The notes: generated by a model not told the origin, from the letters alone. Shown: positions 12,114-25,055, counted from the first letter of the stretch. The stretch: DNA of 64,000 bases from Reclinomonas americana ATCC 50394 (GCA_048213135.1 PS015389.1:15753-79752), one strand, 5' to 3'. Numbers and translations are program-made.

Positions 12114-13246
12114 TCACCACCTCGTCGCCCCCCGCTCAATCACCTCTGCATCCTCCAACACAAAACACCGCAACACAACGTCAACGAGAATCCAGTCGCG
12201 GTCACCATCGTCCTCTTCAGCAAGTAGCTCGTTGACGGCCACGACAGCCAGTCGTGTGGCTGAGACTTCATGCCCGGCAAGTCCACGCGGCGAGGACCAC
12301 ACTCGTACGGTGTTATCACCGCCACCAGTCACAATGTGCTGTCCATCGAGAGTGACAGTGACAGAGAACACGACGTGCCCCTCCAACCGTCGCACTTCGG
12401 CGCCAGTCGCCAGCGACCACACTCGCACGGTCTTGTCCTCAGATCCGCTCACAACGTGCTGCCCATCGGCGGTGACAGCGACCGAGTTCACACATCTAGT
12501 GTGCCCCTCAAGTCGACGCACCTCCTCGCCGCTCGCCAGCGACCACACGCGCACAGTGCTGTCTCCACCCCCACTCACAATGAGCTTGCTGTCGGGAGTA
12601 ATGGCGACATACCGCACAGAGCTCGCATGCACCTCCTCAATCCGTCGCACTACTTCTCCTGTCGCCAGCGACCACACCAGAATTGTTTCGTCACCGCCCC
12701 CACTAACAATGTGCTGCCCGTCGGGAGTGACGGCAACACAAGTGACAGAACCAAGGTGCCCGTCCAGCTGTCGCACTTCCTCGCCACTCTCCAGTGACCA
12801 CACTCGCACTGTCTCATCGATGCTGCCACTCACGACATGCTGACCGTCGGGAGCGACGGCGACAGAGATCACCGCATCAGTATGGCCCTCCAATCGTCGC
12901 ACAGCCTTGCTACCTGCCAGTGACCACACGCGCACAGGGCAGTCATGGTTGCCACTCACAATGTGCTGACCGTTGGGAGTGACAGCTACAGCGCACACAA
13001 CATATGTGTTATCCTCCAAGCGTCTCACTCGTTGTCCACTCGCCAAGGACCACACTCGCACGGTCGCGTCCATGCTGCCACTCACAACGTACTGACCATC
13101 GGGAGTGACGGCCACGGTGAACACCAGCCCTAGGGACGGATGCTCCCTCAAAATCTGGGTTGTACAGATGCATGGTGAGACACACATACACACAAGCACA
13201 CACACACACACACTCACACACGAAAAATGACTACCGTTGATGCCAT
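12114..13246 (-). CDS. WD40 family gene W2 (exons 13246-13235 MAST; 13154-12114)
   Basis: 7 WD40 repeats, same tail; close paralog of W5. Confidence 0.9.
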
Positions 13247-13674
13247 TCTGCGCGCGTGAGTGTCTGCCTGCAGGAGAGTGAAGACAAATATCACCGGCGG
13301 TCCCACGTCGTACTACTTCGTCATGTTGTGAGACGGAGAGCCCGCAAGCACCGTTGTGTTGCAAGTCACAGCGTGCTACAAAGAGGAAGATATCTTGATG
13401 TTGATTTGTTTCTGGCGGGTCGCAGCACAGTGCTTCAGCACAACGCAGGTTTCCAACGAGAAAAGGTCGAAGGCGGCTGCTCGAAACCCACCATTCTACA
13501 CGTCAGTGAGAACCCTGCTCTGGAGGAAGGTGCTTGGTACTCCACACCCTGGCAGGCCAGCGATGCCGGAGTGAGGAAACAGCGGCACTGGTCTCGCATC
13601 TGATGCATCACAAAACCTCTCGACCAAACCTCTTCTCTAAACTTGTACTCTTCGCACTTCCCTATTCCCCCTGC

Positions 13675-14733
13675 TCACCACCCCGGCGCCCCCCGCTCCA
13701 TCACCTCTGCATCCTCCAACACAAAACACCGCAACACAACGTCAACGAGAATCCAGTCGCGATCGTCGTCGACAAGCAGCTCGTTGACAGCCAGCACGGC
13801 CAGTCGTGCGGCTGCGACCTCTCGCTCAGTCAGTCCACGCGGCGACGACCACACATGCAGAGTATCGTCTAAACCACCACTCACAACGTGCTGGCCATTG
13901 AGAGCGACGGCGACAGAAACCACCGCATTGGTGTGTCCCGTCAATATTTGCACCTGGTCCCCACTCGCCAGCGACCACACTCGCACGGTCATGTCAGAGC
14001 TCCCACTGAAAATGTGCTGACCATCAGGGGTGATGGCAACAGACCTCACCCACGCAGTGTGTCCCTCCAGCCGTCGAATTTTGTCGCCACTCGCCAGCGA
14101 CCACACCCGCACTGCGCAGTCCGCGCCCCCACTCACAACGTACTGACCATCGAGAGTGACGGCGACACACCGCACAGAGCCAGCATGCCCCTCCAACCGT
14201 CGCACTTGGTCGCCACTCGCCAGTGACCACACTTGCATTGTGCAGTCAACGCTCCCACTCACGACGTGCTGGCCATCGAGGGAGACAGCAACACACGTGA
14301 CAGCACCACTGTGTCCCTCCGACCGCCACACTTCGTCGCCACTCGCCAGTGACCACACACTCACTGCGGTGTCGTCACTGCCACATACAATGTGCTGACC
14401 GTCGGGAGTGACGGCGACAGAAGAGAGCCCCCGAGTGAATCCCGTCAACCGCCGCACCTCCTCGCCATTCGTCAGTGACCGCACTCGCACGGTCTTATCT
14501 CCGCCTCCACTCACCACATGTCGACCGTCGGGAGTGACGGCGACACATGACACCTTTGCAGTGTGTCTCTGGAACCGCCGCACTTCCTCGCCGCTCGCCA
14601 GTGACCACACACGCACTGTCTTGTCCCAACTGCCACTCACAATGTGCTGACTGTCGGGAGAGAAGGCCACGCAAGACACCGTGTCTGTGTGGCCCACCAA
14701 GATCTGTAGCGCACAAAAGGGTGTGGTGAGACA

Positions 14734-14788
<55 letters not shown>

Positions 14789-14832
14789 GCACGCACGCAC
14801 GCAAAAGAAAAAGACGACACCTTTGATGCCAT
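13675..14832 (-). CDS. WD40 family gene W3 (exons 14832-14821 MASK; 14703-13675)
   Basis: 7 WD40 repeats, same tail; (TG)n intron. Confidence 0.9.
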
Positions 14833-15226
14833 TCTGCGTGCGTGCGTGTGTATGCGTGCGACGAGTGACAAACCGGTGGGACGTCGTGTCACTTGGCCGC
14901 GTCACTTCGTTGTCGTTGTGCCCGCAAGCATAGTTGTGCTTTAGGCGTGCATATCAAAGTCTGCAAGCTGCTCAGAAGGAGCGGGAACATGCCCTACATG
15001 ACTTCACGGATCCGGATTGCAATTGCCCATTGCACCCTTTCCACTCATCATAAGACGACTTGAGTGAGCGCGATGCATCCTGCTTCGCCGCGCACCGGGA
15101 TAATGCATGTTTCTCAAGGCAGGGGATCAAAGAATGAAGAGAGATGGACGTTTTGCATCTTGTTTTCATCGCTATCATCTCCCAGTTGTACATATGTCTC
15201 GCTCCTCTCTGCTCTCCCTCCAAAAC

Positions 15227-16347
15227 TCACCACCCCGGCGCCCGCCGCTCCATCACCTCTGCATCCTCCAACACAAAACACCGCAGCACAACGTCGACGA
15301 GAATCCAGTCGAGGTCATCCTCCTCCTCCTCAGCAAGCAGCTCGTTGACGGCCAGCACAGCTAGTCGTGCGGCTGCGACTTCTCGCCCGGCCAGTCCACG
15401 CGGCGACGACCACACTCGCAAGGTCATGTCCATAGAGCCACTCACAATGTGATGACAGTCGGGAGTGACGGCCACAGCGAACACAGTCATAGTGTGCCCA
15501 TCAAACCGTCGCACTTCAGCGCCACTCGCCAGCGACCACACGCGCACTGTGTCGTCACTACTCGCACTCACAATGTGCTGACCATCACGAGTGACAGCGA
15601 CCGCGTTCACCCCTCCAGTGTGTCCCTCCAATCGACGCACCTCCTCGCCACTCGCCAGCGAACACACGCACAATGCCTCGTCGCTATCCCCATACACGAC
15701 GTGCTGACCGTCAGGAGTGATGACGAGACACCGCACTGAGTCATTGTGTGCCAACCATTGGACTTCATCTCCGCTCGCCAGCGACCACACTCGCATTGTG
15801 CAGTCAACACTTCCGCTCACGATGTACTGACCATCAGGTGTGACAGCAACACACGTGACAACGCCAACGTGACCGTCGAGCCGCCACACTCCGTCGCCAC
15901 TCTCCAGTGACCACACTCGCACCGTCCTGTCGATGCTGCCACTCACGACACGCTGACTGTCGGGAGTGACAGCGACAGAGATCACACCCTCAGTATGCCC
16001 CTCCAACCGTCGCACCTCCTGTCCACTCGCCAGTGACCACACTCGCACAGTGGCGTCTAGACTGCCACTCACAACGTGCAAACCGTCGGGAGTGACGGCG
16101 ACCGAGTTCACTGATCCAGTGTGTCCTTTCATGCGTCGCACCTCTTTCCCACTGGCCAGCGACCACACTCGCACAGTTCGATCCCGGCTGCCACTCACAA
16201 CGTGCTGACTGTCGACAGTGCAGGCCAAGCCGTACACCGAGTTCTCGTGTCCTCTTATGACCTGCGTCACGTGGTGAGAGAGACGCTGACAGTCAAGCAG
16301 CACAGCACACACCGCGCGCAAAGGCGACACCGTACCTTTGATGTCAT
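15227..16347 (-). CDS. WD40 family gene W4 (exons 16347-16336 MTSK; 16261-15227)
   Basis: 7 WD40 repeats; close paralog of W1. Confidence 0.9.
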
Positions 16348-16637
16348 TCCGCGCAGCGTGAGTGATAATGAGACAAATCAATGCGCTGGGACGGTTCCAC
16401 GTCGTGTCGTTTGGCAAAAGGCCTTTTTATTTGGCGGTATGTGTAAGATAGTGTGCTGGAAGAGGTACAGCACTCCCGACATGACTTCACACAGCTCTGA
16501 CGTTAGTGGCCGCGGCATACAGACATCCGGAGCTACGGATGCCTCCCAAGGCAAAGGGGATCAACGATTGACGGTAGAATGGCCCTTCGCTCCTGTTTTA
16601 CATTGTCTCAACCAAGCCTCTCCCCTATTCCCCCCGC

Positions 16638-17845
16638 TCACCACCTCGTCGCCCCCCGCTCAATCACCTCTGCATCCTCCAACACAAAACACCGCAACAC
16701 AACGTCAACGAGAATCCAGTCGCGGTCACCATCGTCCTCTTCAGCAAGTAGCTCGTTGACGGCCACGACAGCCAGTCGTGCAACAGCGACCTCATGCCCG
16801 GCAAGTCCACGTGGCGAGGACCACACTCGCACGGTGTTATCACCGCTGCCACTCACAATGTGCTGACCATCGAGCGTGACGGCGACAGAGAACACCACAC
16901 TGGTGTGCCCCTCCAACCGTCGCACTTCATCCCCATTCGCCAGCGACCACACTCGCACGGTCTTGTCCTCGGATCCGCTCACAACGTGCTGCCCATCAGC
17001 GGTGACGGCGACCGAGTTCACACATCTAGTGTGTCCCTCAAATCGACGCACCTCCTCGCCGCTCGCCAGTGACCACACGCGAACTGTGTTGTCTCCACCC
17101 CCACTCACAATGAGCTTGCTGTCGGGAGTAATGGCGACAGACCGCACAGTGTTACTATGCACCTTCTCCACCCATCGCACTGCTTCTCCAGTCGCCAGTG
17201 ACCACACCAGAATTGTTTCGTCACCGCCCCCACTAACAATGTGCTGACCGTCGGGAGTGACGGCAACACATAAAACAGAACCAAGGTGTCCATCCAGCTG
17301 TCGCACTTCCTCGCCACTCGCCAGTGACCACACTCGCACTGTCTCATCAATGCTGCCACTCACGACATGCTCTCCATTGGGGGACACAGCGACAGAGATC
17401 ACCCCGTCCGTATGTCCCTCCAATCGTCGCACAACGGCACCACTCGCCAATGACCACACTCGCATGGGGTGGTCATGGTTGCCACTCACAATGTGCTTAC
17501 CGTCGGGAGTGATGGCCACAGCGCACACAACATATGTGTTATCCTCCAACCGTCGCACTTGTTGTCCACTCACCAGTGACCACACTCGCACGGTCGCGTC
17601 CATGCTGCCACTCACAACGTACTGACCATCGGGAGTGACGGCCACGGTGAACACCAGGGACGAATGCCCCCTCAAGATCTGGGTTACACGCATATTTGGT
17701 GAGACACACACACGTGCACACACATGCACACATGCACACATACACAACGCACACACATGCGCGCGCACACACACACACACACACACTTACACACATACAC
17801 AGCACACACACACACATGCAAAAAAGACGACACCTTTGATGCCAT
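16638..17845 (-). CDS. WD40 family gene W5 (exons 17845-17834 MASK; 17678-16638)
   Basis: 7 WD40 repeats; close paralog of W2. Confidence 0.9.
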
Positions 17846-18106
17846 TCTGCGCTCGTGGAAAGAGTGACGCCTGGCGGAGACAAACCGGTGGGACGTCGAC
17901 GTCTTGGCACCTCGTCGTGTCACTTCGTCTTGTCTTGTTAGACAGAGCGCCCGCAAGCACCCGTTGTGTTGGAAGAGTGTACATCACAGTTGAGTACTCA
18001 TCATCTGACTTGACAGCCACGACGCCCGCCCACCACGAGTATTTACTGCACACCCGCTGCTCTTTCCCTCCTTCCCTCTTTTCTTCTCCTCCCTCTTCTC
18101 AGCATA

Positions 18107-19439
18107 TCACATACCACCAGCAGCAGCAGGCGCGGCATCATCACGCTGGTACTCCTTGAAGCGGCGATTCGACCACTGAATGTACTCGTGGTACGTCCAG
18201 TGATCCTCGGCGGTGACCGGCGGCGTGCGGAGGGGCGCCATCGGGCAGTCGTAGGCCGGCTCCACAAAGAACGGGATGGAGAAGCGTGCGCGCTTGACGT
18301 GGAGCACGCGGTGGTTGGTGGCCACAAACTCGTTGCCGGTCAGGCGCTGCATCGCCAGGCCAATGTTGACGACAAAGGCGTCGGGAATGCAGGGCACGTT
18401 GATCCAGCCGCCGTCGTGGTACGGGTCTTGCACTTGCAGGCCGCCGACGCTGAATAGGTAAGAGAGAAGGGGGAAGAGAGAGGGGAGAAGGGAGGGGAAG
18501 GGAAGAGAGGGAAAGGGAAGGTAAGGGGAAGGGAGAAGAGAGGGGAAGGGAAGGGAGGGGAAGGGAAAAGAGGGGAAGGGAGAGAGGGGAAGGGAAGAGA
18601 GGGGAAGGGGGAAAGGAGAAGAGAGGAAGGAGAAAAGTAAGACCAAGTCGCTACTTCTCTGTCTCTACTACCGCTACCAAAGTGTGAATGCGGATGGGAA
18701 AAGTGAGCATGACAACCACGCTCATTATACTCTGCGACTCACTCATTCACTGTTTCCCTCGACGCATACATTCTCCTGCACCGCGTAGCTCGTAAACGAT
18801 GTCATGCACTTTCTTGGCTCACATATCGTCGCTCACCAACAGCTCTCTTCTCCTTTCGCCACCCTCGCAGACACAGCCCGACTGAGTGACTCACTCATTC
18901 ACTGTTTCCCTCGACGCATACATTCTCCTGCACTTTGTACCTCGAAAACGATGCCATGCACTTTCTTGGCTCACGCCTTGTCGCTCACCAACAGCTCGAC
19001 TGCACTGACACAGTGACTGAGTGACTCACTCTCACTCTCTCCCTCTCCGTCGACGCATACATTCTCCTGCGCCTACAACCTCGCTGATGTCATGCACTTT
19101 CTTGCTATCGCTCATTCCCTTGCCTAACCAACAGCTCGCATGCATCCTTCTCACTCACGCGCTCCACCCTCACGAAAGTCTCTTTCCTTTCTCCCCCCAA
19201 TTGCAAATGCGACTCAACTTGTCCTGATACAGAATCGTCAAAACGCTGCCATCCGTGTGAGTCTCGCAGCTGAGCGGAGTCCCATCGTCGGGACTGAAGG
19301 TGACAGGGGGAACTGCGCATAAAGCACCCACATGGTGAGGCAAACCAAGCAAGGGGAGGATGTTTCTGTTCACCGCCTTCTCTCAATCTCTCTCTATCTC
19401 TCTCTCTCTCTCTCGCTCTCAGGCAACAAAATAAGAAGA

Positions 19440-19483
<44 letters not shown>

Positions 19484-20872
19484 AATGCAGTGTCCAGAGG
19501 CAACGGCAAGTATAAGGGAAGAGATACAACGCCGGAGGTGAACAACGAGCAGCTGGCGGACGCAAGCCGAAACATGCAACAGGAGAAGCACATGTTTCCA
19601 TTCACCTCTCTCGTTCCGTCATTCTCTCTCAAGCGACGACAGAGAGGAGGAAAACAACAGAGGGAGAGGCAAGAGAAGGAAAGCAAAGCCCGGATCTGCA
19701 AGGCGCATCCCTCTCCCCTTCTCTCTCAAGCGAAAAAAAGAAGAAAAAGCGAGAAAGCAAGAACAAATGAAAGCAAGAAACAGCACACAAGAGAGCGGTG
19801 ACATATCAAGAGAGATCCGGATACGTCCAAGACAAGCAGTGGAAATCACGGCAAAGAATTAAACAACAAAGGGAGAAGTGATTTAAGAAGAAGCAAAGGA
19901 AGAAGAATGCACATGTTTCCATTCTCCTTTCCCCCCTCCCCCTTTCCCCCTTTCCCCCCTTCCCGCTCACCCTCCACCCCCGCCGGCGGCTCCGGATAAT
20001 AATTCAACCGCAACGTCGTCATGGCCGCGCGCTTCTCCTGATCGAAATACGCATCAATGCGCTCCGCAATCACCGCCTCCTCCACGCCCAACCCGCGACA
20101 CATCAGCCGCAGCAGCCGCAACGCCAGTCGCGCCATTGCCACATAGTACTCCTCCATCACCGCGCGAAACGCCGGCAACGCCTGCGCATCGGGCCACGGC
20201 GTTGGCTCGCGCGCCAACGGCACCTCCTTCATGGCCTCCGCCACGTCGGGGCGGTCCAGCAGCGGTGACGTCATGTCCATGCCTTCCTTGCCGAATACCG
20301 ACGAGGGGAAGTAGCCGCGATAGGTGAACGAGTTGGCGGGGTTGAACTTGTGCGGTGCGCAGGCGAGCTTCACGTCGGTGGGCGCGGAGAAGAAGTCGCG
20401 GGAGGCGGAGACCGCGGAGTCGATGAGCTCCTGCACAGAGGGGGGAATGGGAGGGGGGTGAGGGAAGGAGAAATGGAGAAGGGAAAGGAGAAGGGAGGGA
20501 GAAGGGAAAGCAGAAGGGAAAGAGAAGGGTGAATGATTGAGAGAGTGAGTGAGTGAGTGAGTGAGTGAGTGAGTGAGTGAGTGAGTGAGTGAGTGAGTGA
20601 GTGAGTGAGTGAGAGAGAGTGTGTGTGTGAGTGAGCGAGTGACTGAGAACTGCATCCACAGACAAGGTGCGATTAGGTGTCTCATGGGTCGCCTAAGGCG
20701 ACGCTTTAAGTGCCGCATTGCTTCTTCTTCTTCTTCTCTCTCTCTCTCTTCTCACCTGCGCCACTCCATGATTGCGCACAGAGAGAAAGCCAATGTTGCG
20801 GCAGGCATCACACAGCTGCGCCGCGACTTCATCGTCGGGCAGACTCATGTCGATCACGGGAATCGCGCTCAT
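18107..20872 (-). CDS. 2-oxoglutarate/Fe(II) dioxygenase, IPNS/DIOX family (exons 20872-20756, 20430-19971, 19312-19219, 18449-18107)
   Basis: IPVID, AC..IGF....NHGV, YRGY, LRLNYYP, HTD..VLTILYQD.VGGLQV, VVNIG, HRV, RFS (HxD..H triad and RxS). Confidence 0.92.
18735..19135. repeat. Intronic ~150-bp imperfect tandem repeat (3 units)
   Basis: tcgacgcatacattctcctgc...catgcactttcttg...accaacagctc occurs three times. Confidence 0.75.
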
Positions 20873-21027
20873 GATTGATTGTGAGATTAGATATCGATGT
20901 CGGATGTCCCGAAGTTGTCGTGTATTGTGGCGAGTGAGAGGTAGCAGTAGAAGCAGCAGGAGGTGGGAAACACCTCTGTGCACTGCACGTGTGCACTGCA
21001 CACTGTTTAAGCGAGTGAATGGCAACA

Positions 21028-21260
21028 TAAACACTTCATTCACCACAATCCAATACTGCGACAAACGTCCACAAATCCCTTGCCGACGGCACACCAACAA
21101 TACAGTATACAAAAACACATAGATACTCTTCTCCAATAGCCATCTTCCCTTTCAGCAGGCAAAGCCCATCAAACACGTGTTGGCCTCAAGAGGATTTCGT
21201 GGTGCAAACGGTGCCAGCGGCCCAAGTAGACGGTGAACACGTTGAGGCCTTCACTCTGCA
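21028..21260 (-). repeat. Dispersed non-coding element, copy 3 (long), upstream of the dioxygenase
   Basis: Core ccacaaatcccttgccgac; ~200 bp colinear in reverse complement with 50380-50585. Confidence 0.85.
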
Positions 21261-21268
21261 GAGAGTGA

Positions 21269-22428
21269 CTACTCTTCGACGGCGAACAGTGGACTGCGGT
21301 ACAGTACGACTTCTGCATCCTCCACAATAAAACAGCGCAGCACCATCTCCGGGAGGCAGCGCGAATCCGGTAGCTCGTCCTCGGACAACACCTCGTCTTG
21401 CATCGCATGCACGGCCTGCATGGCCAGGCGGGCGGAATCGAGCTCCAACTGAGCGAGGCCGCGCGTCGTGGGCCACATCCGAACAGTCCAGTCCCCACTG
21501 CCACTCACAATGTGCTGGCCATCGGGTGTCACTGCCACTGCTTGCACCCAACTCGTGTGGCCTTCCAGTCGGCGCAACTCCTCGCCACTTGCCAGCGACC
21601 ACACCCGTACAGTCTTGTCCTCACTGCCACTCACAATGTGTTGGCCATCGGGTGTCACTGCCACCGCATTCACCTCTTTCGTGTGGTCTTTCAGTCGGTG
21701 CACCTCCTCACCGCTTGCCACCGACCACACCCGTACAGTCTTGTCCTCACTGCCGCTCACAATGTGTTGGCCATCGGGTGTCACCGCCACAGCACGCACC
21801 GCGCGCGTGTGGCCTTCCAGTCGACGCACCTCCTCGCCACTTGCCAGCGACCACACCCGTACAGTCTTGTCATCACTGCCACTCACAATGTGCTGCCCAT
21901 CGGGTGTCACCGCCACAGCACGCACCGCGCGCGTGTGGCCTTCCAGTCGACGCACCTCCTCGCCACTTGCCAGCGACCACACCCGTACAGTCTTGTCCCA
22001 AGTGCCACTCACAATGTGCTGGCCATCAGGTGTCACTGCCACTGCATGCACCAAACTCGGGTGACCTTCCAGTCGGCGCACCTCCTCGCCACTTGCCACC
22101 GACCGCACCCGCACAGTCTCGTCTTGACTGCCACTCACAATGCACTGGCCATCAGGAGTCACTGCCACTGCATACACCCAATGCGTGTGGCCTCCAACTC
22201 GGCGCACCTCTTCGCCACTTGCCACCGACCACACCCGCACAGTCTCGTCTTGACTGCCACTCACAATGTGCTGTCCATCGGGTGTCACTGCCACCGCATT
22301 CACCGCACTCGTGTGGCCTTGCAGAACGTTCTGCACCAACCTCCGTGGTTAAACAACGGGCGCACCGCAGCAAACAAACACACAAAACTCCAGACAAACG
22401 CGCGCACCATTGATCCAGAAGCGTCCAT
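21269..22428 (-). CDS. WD40 family gene W6 (exons 22428-22408 MDASGSM; 22330-21269) with near-identical 126-bp repeats
   Basis: 7 highly homogenised WD40 repeats; tail RCLPEMVLRCFIVEDAEV. Confidence 0.9.
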
Positions 22429-22550
22429 TCTCAACAGCTCGACGGGAGTGTGTGAGTGGCCGGAGTATAGTAGAGTGCGAGAAAATGGGACAGGATTTCG
22501 GACGCTCGACGTTCCGACGGTGACGACCGTCGACAACTCGCGCGCGCGAC

Positions 22551-23781
22551 ATGACAGCTAGAGTTCCGTTGTTTGTGACTTCCTCCCTCCTCTCCCCTCG
22601 CTTTCTCATCACTATGTCAGCTGATTCACGTTTTCCCTGTCTTCTTTCACTCCCTCCCTTCTCCTCCCACCCTCCTTCCCCCCCTTTCCTCGCAGATCCT
22701 CGCAGGCCACGACCACTGGATACTCTCCGTGGCCATCACCCCCGACGGCCTGCACGTGGTGAGCGGCAGTGCCGACCACACCATTCGCGTGTGGTCACTC
22801 TCCTCTGGGAACGTGGTGCGCCGACTGGAGGGGCACACGGACCGCGTGACGAGTGTGGCGGTCACTGCCGATGGCCTGCGCGTCGTGAGCGGCAGTTGGG
22901 ATACGACGCTGTGCGTGTGGTTGCTGGCGAGTGGGAAGGAGGTGCGACGGATCAAGGATTGCCAGCATCTGCAGGTTCGCTGCGTCGCCGTCACTCCCGA
23001 CGCGCAGCACATTGTGAGTGGCAGTGGCAAGGTGGTGAGTGTGTGGTCGGCGGTGAGTGGCGGCAAGGCGGTGCGGCAGTTGCTGGGCCATACGGACTGG
23101 GTGAATGCGGTGGCTGTCGCCCCCGACGGTGAGCACGTGGTGAGCGGGAGTCACGATTGGACGGTGCGAGTGTGGTCACTGGCGACGGGCGAGGAGGTGC
23201 GACTGCTGACTGGACACCATCATTGGGTGAGGGCGGTCGCTGTCACCCGCGATGGTCTGCGCGTGGTGAGTGGCAGCTTCGGCGGGACATTGCGTGTGTG
23301 GCCGCTCGTGGAGACGGGTGGGGAGGAGGGGCGACTGATGGAGGGACATAGCGAGGGGGTGGTTGCAGTGGCCGTCACTCCCGACAGCCAGCACGCGGTG
23401 AGCGGGAGTGACGACAAGAGTGTGCGAGTGTGGTCGCTGGCGAGTGGTGAGGAAGTGCGACGGTTGGAGGGGCACGTGGACGGAGTAACGTCGGTCGTCG
23501 TCTCTCTCGACGGCCAGCACATTGTGAGTGGCGGTCGCGACGCGATGGTGCGAGTGTGGTCCACGCCGCTGGGTCTCGCTAAGTGGGAGCTGGCTGTGGC
23601 GCGATCGGCCTTGCGAGGGGTGCACGAGATGCAGCAGGAGGAGGGTGGCGGAGAGGGAGAGGATCCGCGCTGCCTGCCGGAGATGGTGCTGCGCTGCTTC
23701 ATTGTCGAGGAGGCCGAGGTGGTGGTGCATCGGTGTGCCGCTGACGGAGGCTGGGGAGCGGACAAGAAGTGGCGGGTCTAG
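22551..23781 (+). CDS. WD40 family gene W7 (exons 22551-22562 MTAR; 22696-23781)
   Basis: 7 WD40 repeats; tail RCLPEMVLRCFIVEEAEV; head-to-head with W6. Confidence 0.88.
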
Positions 23782-23941
23782 TGATGGTCAAACGGTGCCT
23801 TTCTCTTGTATTCGTCGGCATGATGGCGTAGTAATGCAGCTGGAGCTTGTCATATCACTGCGCGAGTTCACTGCGATGTTGGCAGCCACTTCGTAAAAGA
23901 AGCTCGCCGTCCTCCGTCCTCCCGGAAAAATCACACTCTCA

Positions 23942-25055
23942 ATGACGACGACCAAGGTGTGTGCACACCTCGTGCCCATCCGCTCTCCACCCTTCTTACT
24001 TTCCTGTGCAGATCTTCGAGGGACACACCAATGGAGTGAACTCTGTCGCCTTCACTCCCGACGGCCTCCACATGGTGAGTGGTGGCTGGGACCTCACTGC
24101 GCGTGTGTGGTCACTGGCGAGTGGCGAACAAGTGCGACGCTTTGATGGGCACACGCACTGGGTGCAGGCTGTCGCCGTCACCCCCGACGGTGAGCACTGT
24201 GTGAGTGCGGGTCGTGATTGCAAGATACGAGTGTGGTCACTGGCGAGTGGCGAGGAGGTGCGGCGACTGGAGGGCCACACCAGTGCAGTGTGGTGTGTGG
24301 CTGTGACTCCCGATGGTCGGCACGTTGTGAGCGGAGGTAACGACCCGAGTGGCACCATCCGGGTGTGGTCACTGTCGACGGGTGAAGAGGTGCGACGATT
24401 AGAGGGACACTTGGGATGCGTGCACTCAGTTGTTGTCACACCCGACGGGCAGCACGTGGTGAGTGGCAGCGAGGACACCACTGCGCAAGTGTGGTCACTG
24501 GAGAGTGGCGAGGAGGTGTGCCTGTTGCTCGGACACACCGACTGGGTCAACTCGGTGGCCGTCACTCCCGACGGTCGACACGTGGTGAGTGCGAGTCACG
24601 ACACGACTGTGCGTGTGTGGTTGCTGGCGAGTGGAGAAGAAGTGCGGCGGTTGGAGGGGCACACTCGGTGGGTGTGGTCTGTCGCCGTCACTCCCGATGG
24701 AGAGCACGTGGTGAGTGGCAGCTATGATGGTACGGCGCGCGTGTGGTCACTGGAGAGTGGTGAAGAGGTGCGACGATTAGAGGGACATACGGATGGTTTG
24801 ATGTGCATTGCCGTCTCCCCCGACGGCGGGCACATTGCTGGTGGTGGTCGCGACAAGAGCGTGCGAGTGTGGTCTACACCGCGGGCGCTGGCCAGCCATG
24901 AGCTCAGGTGCGCGTGGTGCGCGATGCAGGCCGTGCAGGAGATGAAGGAGGAGGGCGCAGAGGGCGTCGATTCGCGTTGCTTGCCGGAGATGGTGCTGCG
25001 GTGCTTCATTGTCGAGGAGGCCGAGGTGATGGTCAACAGGCGGGGTGGGTGGTGA
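23942..25055 (+). CDS. WD40 family gene W8 (exons 23942-23956 MTTTK; 24012-25055)
   Basis: 7 WD40 repeats, conserved tail. Confidence 0.9.

Noticed and set aside
11662-12843. Repetitive antisense ORFs (SDHTRTV..LPLT) here and across the whole array
   Set aside because: Reverse-frame shadows of the WD40 repeats
21470-22330. Regularly spaced 126-bp repeats as a CRISPR-like array
   Set aside because: They are in-frame WD40 coding repeats with no unique spacers and no cas genes, in a eukaryotic context
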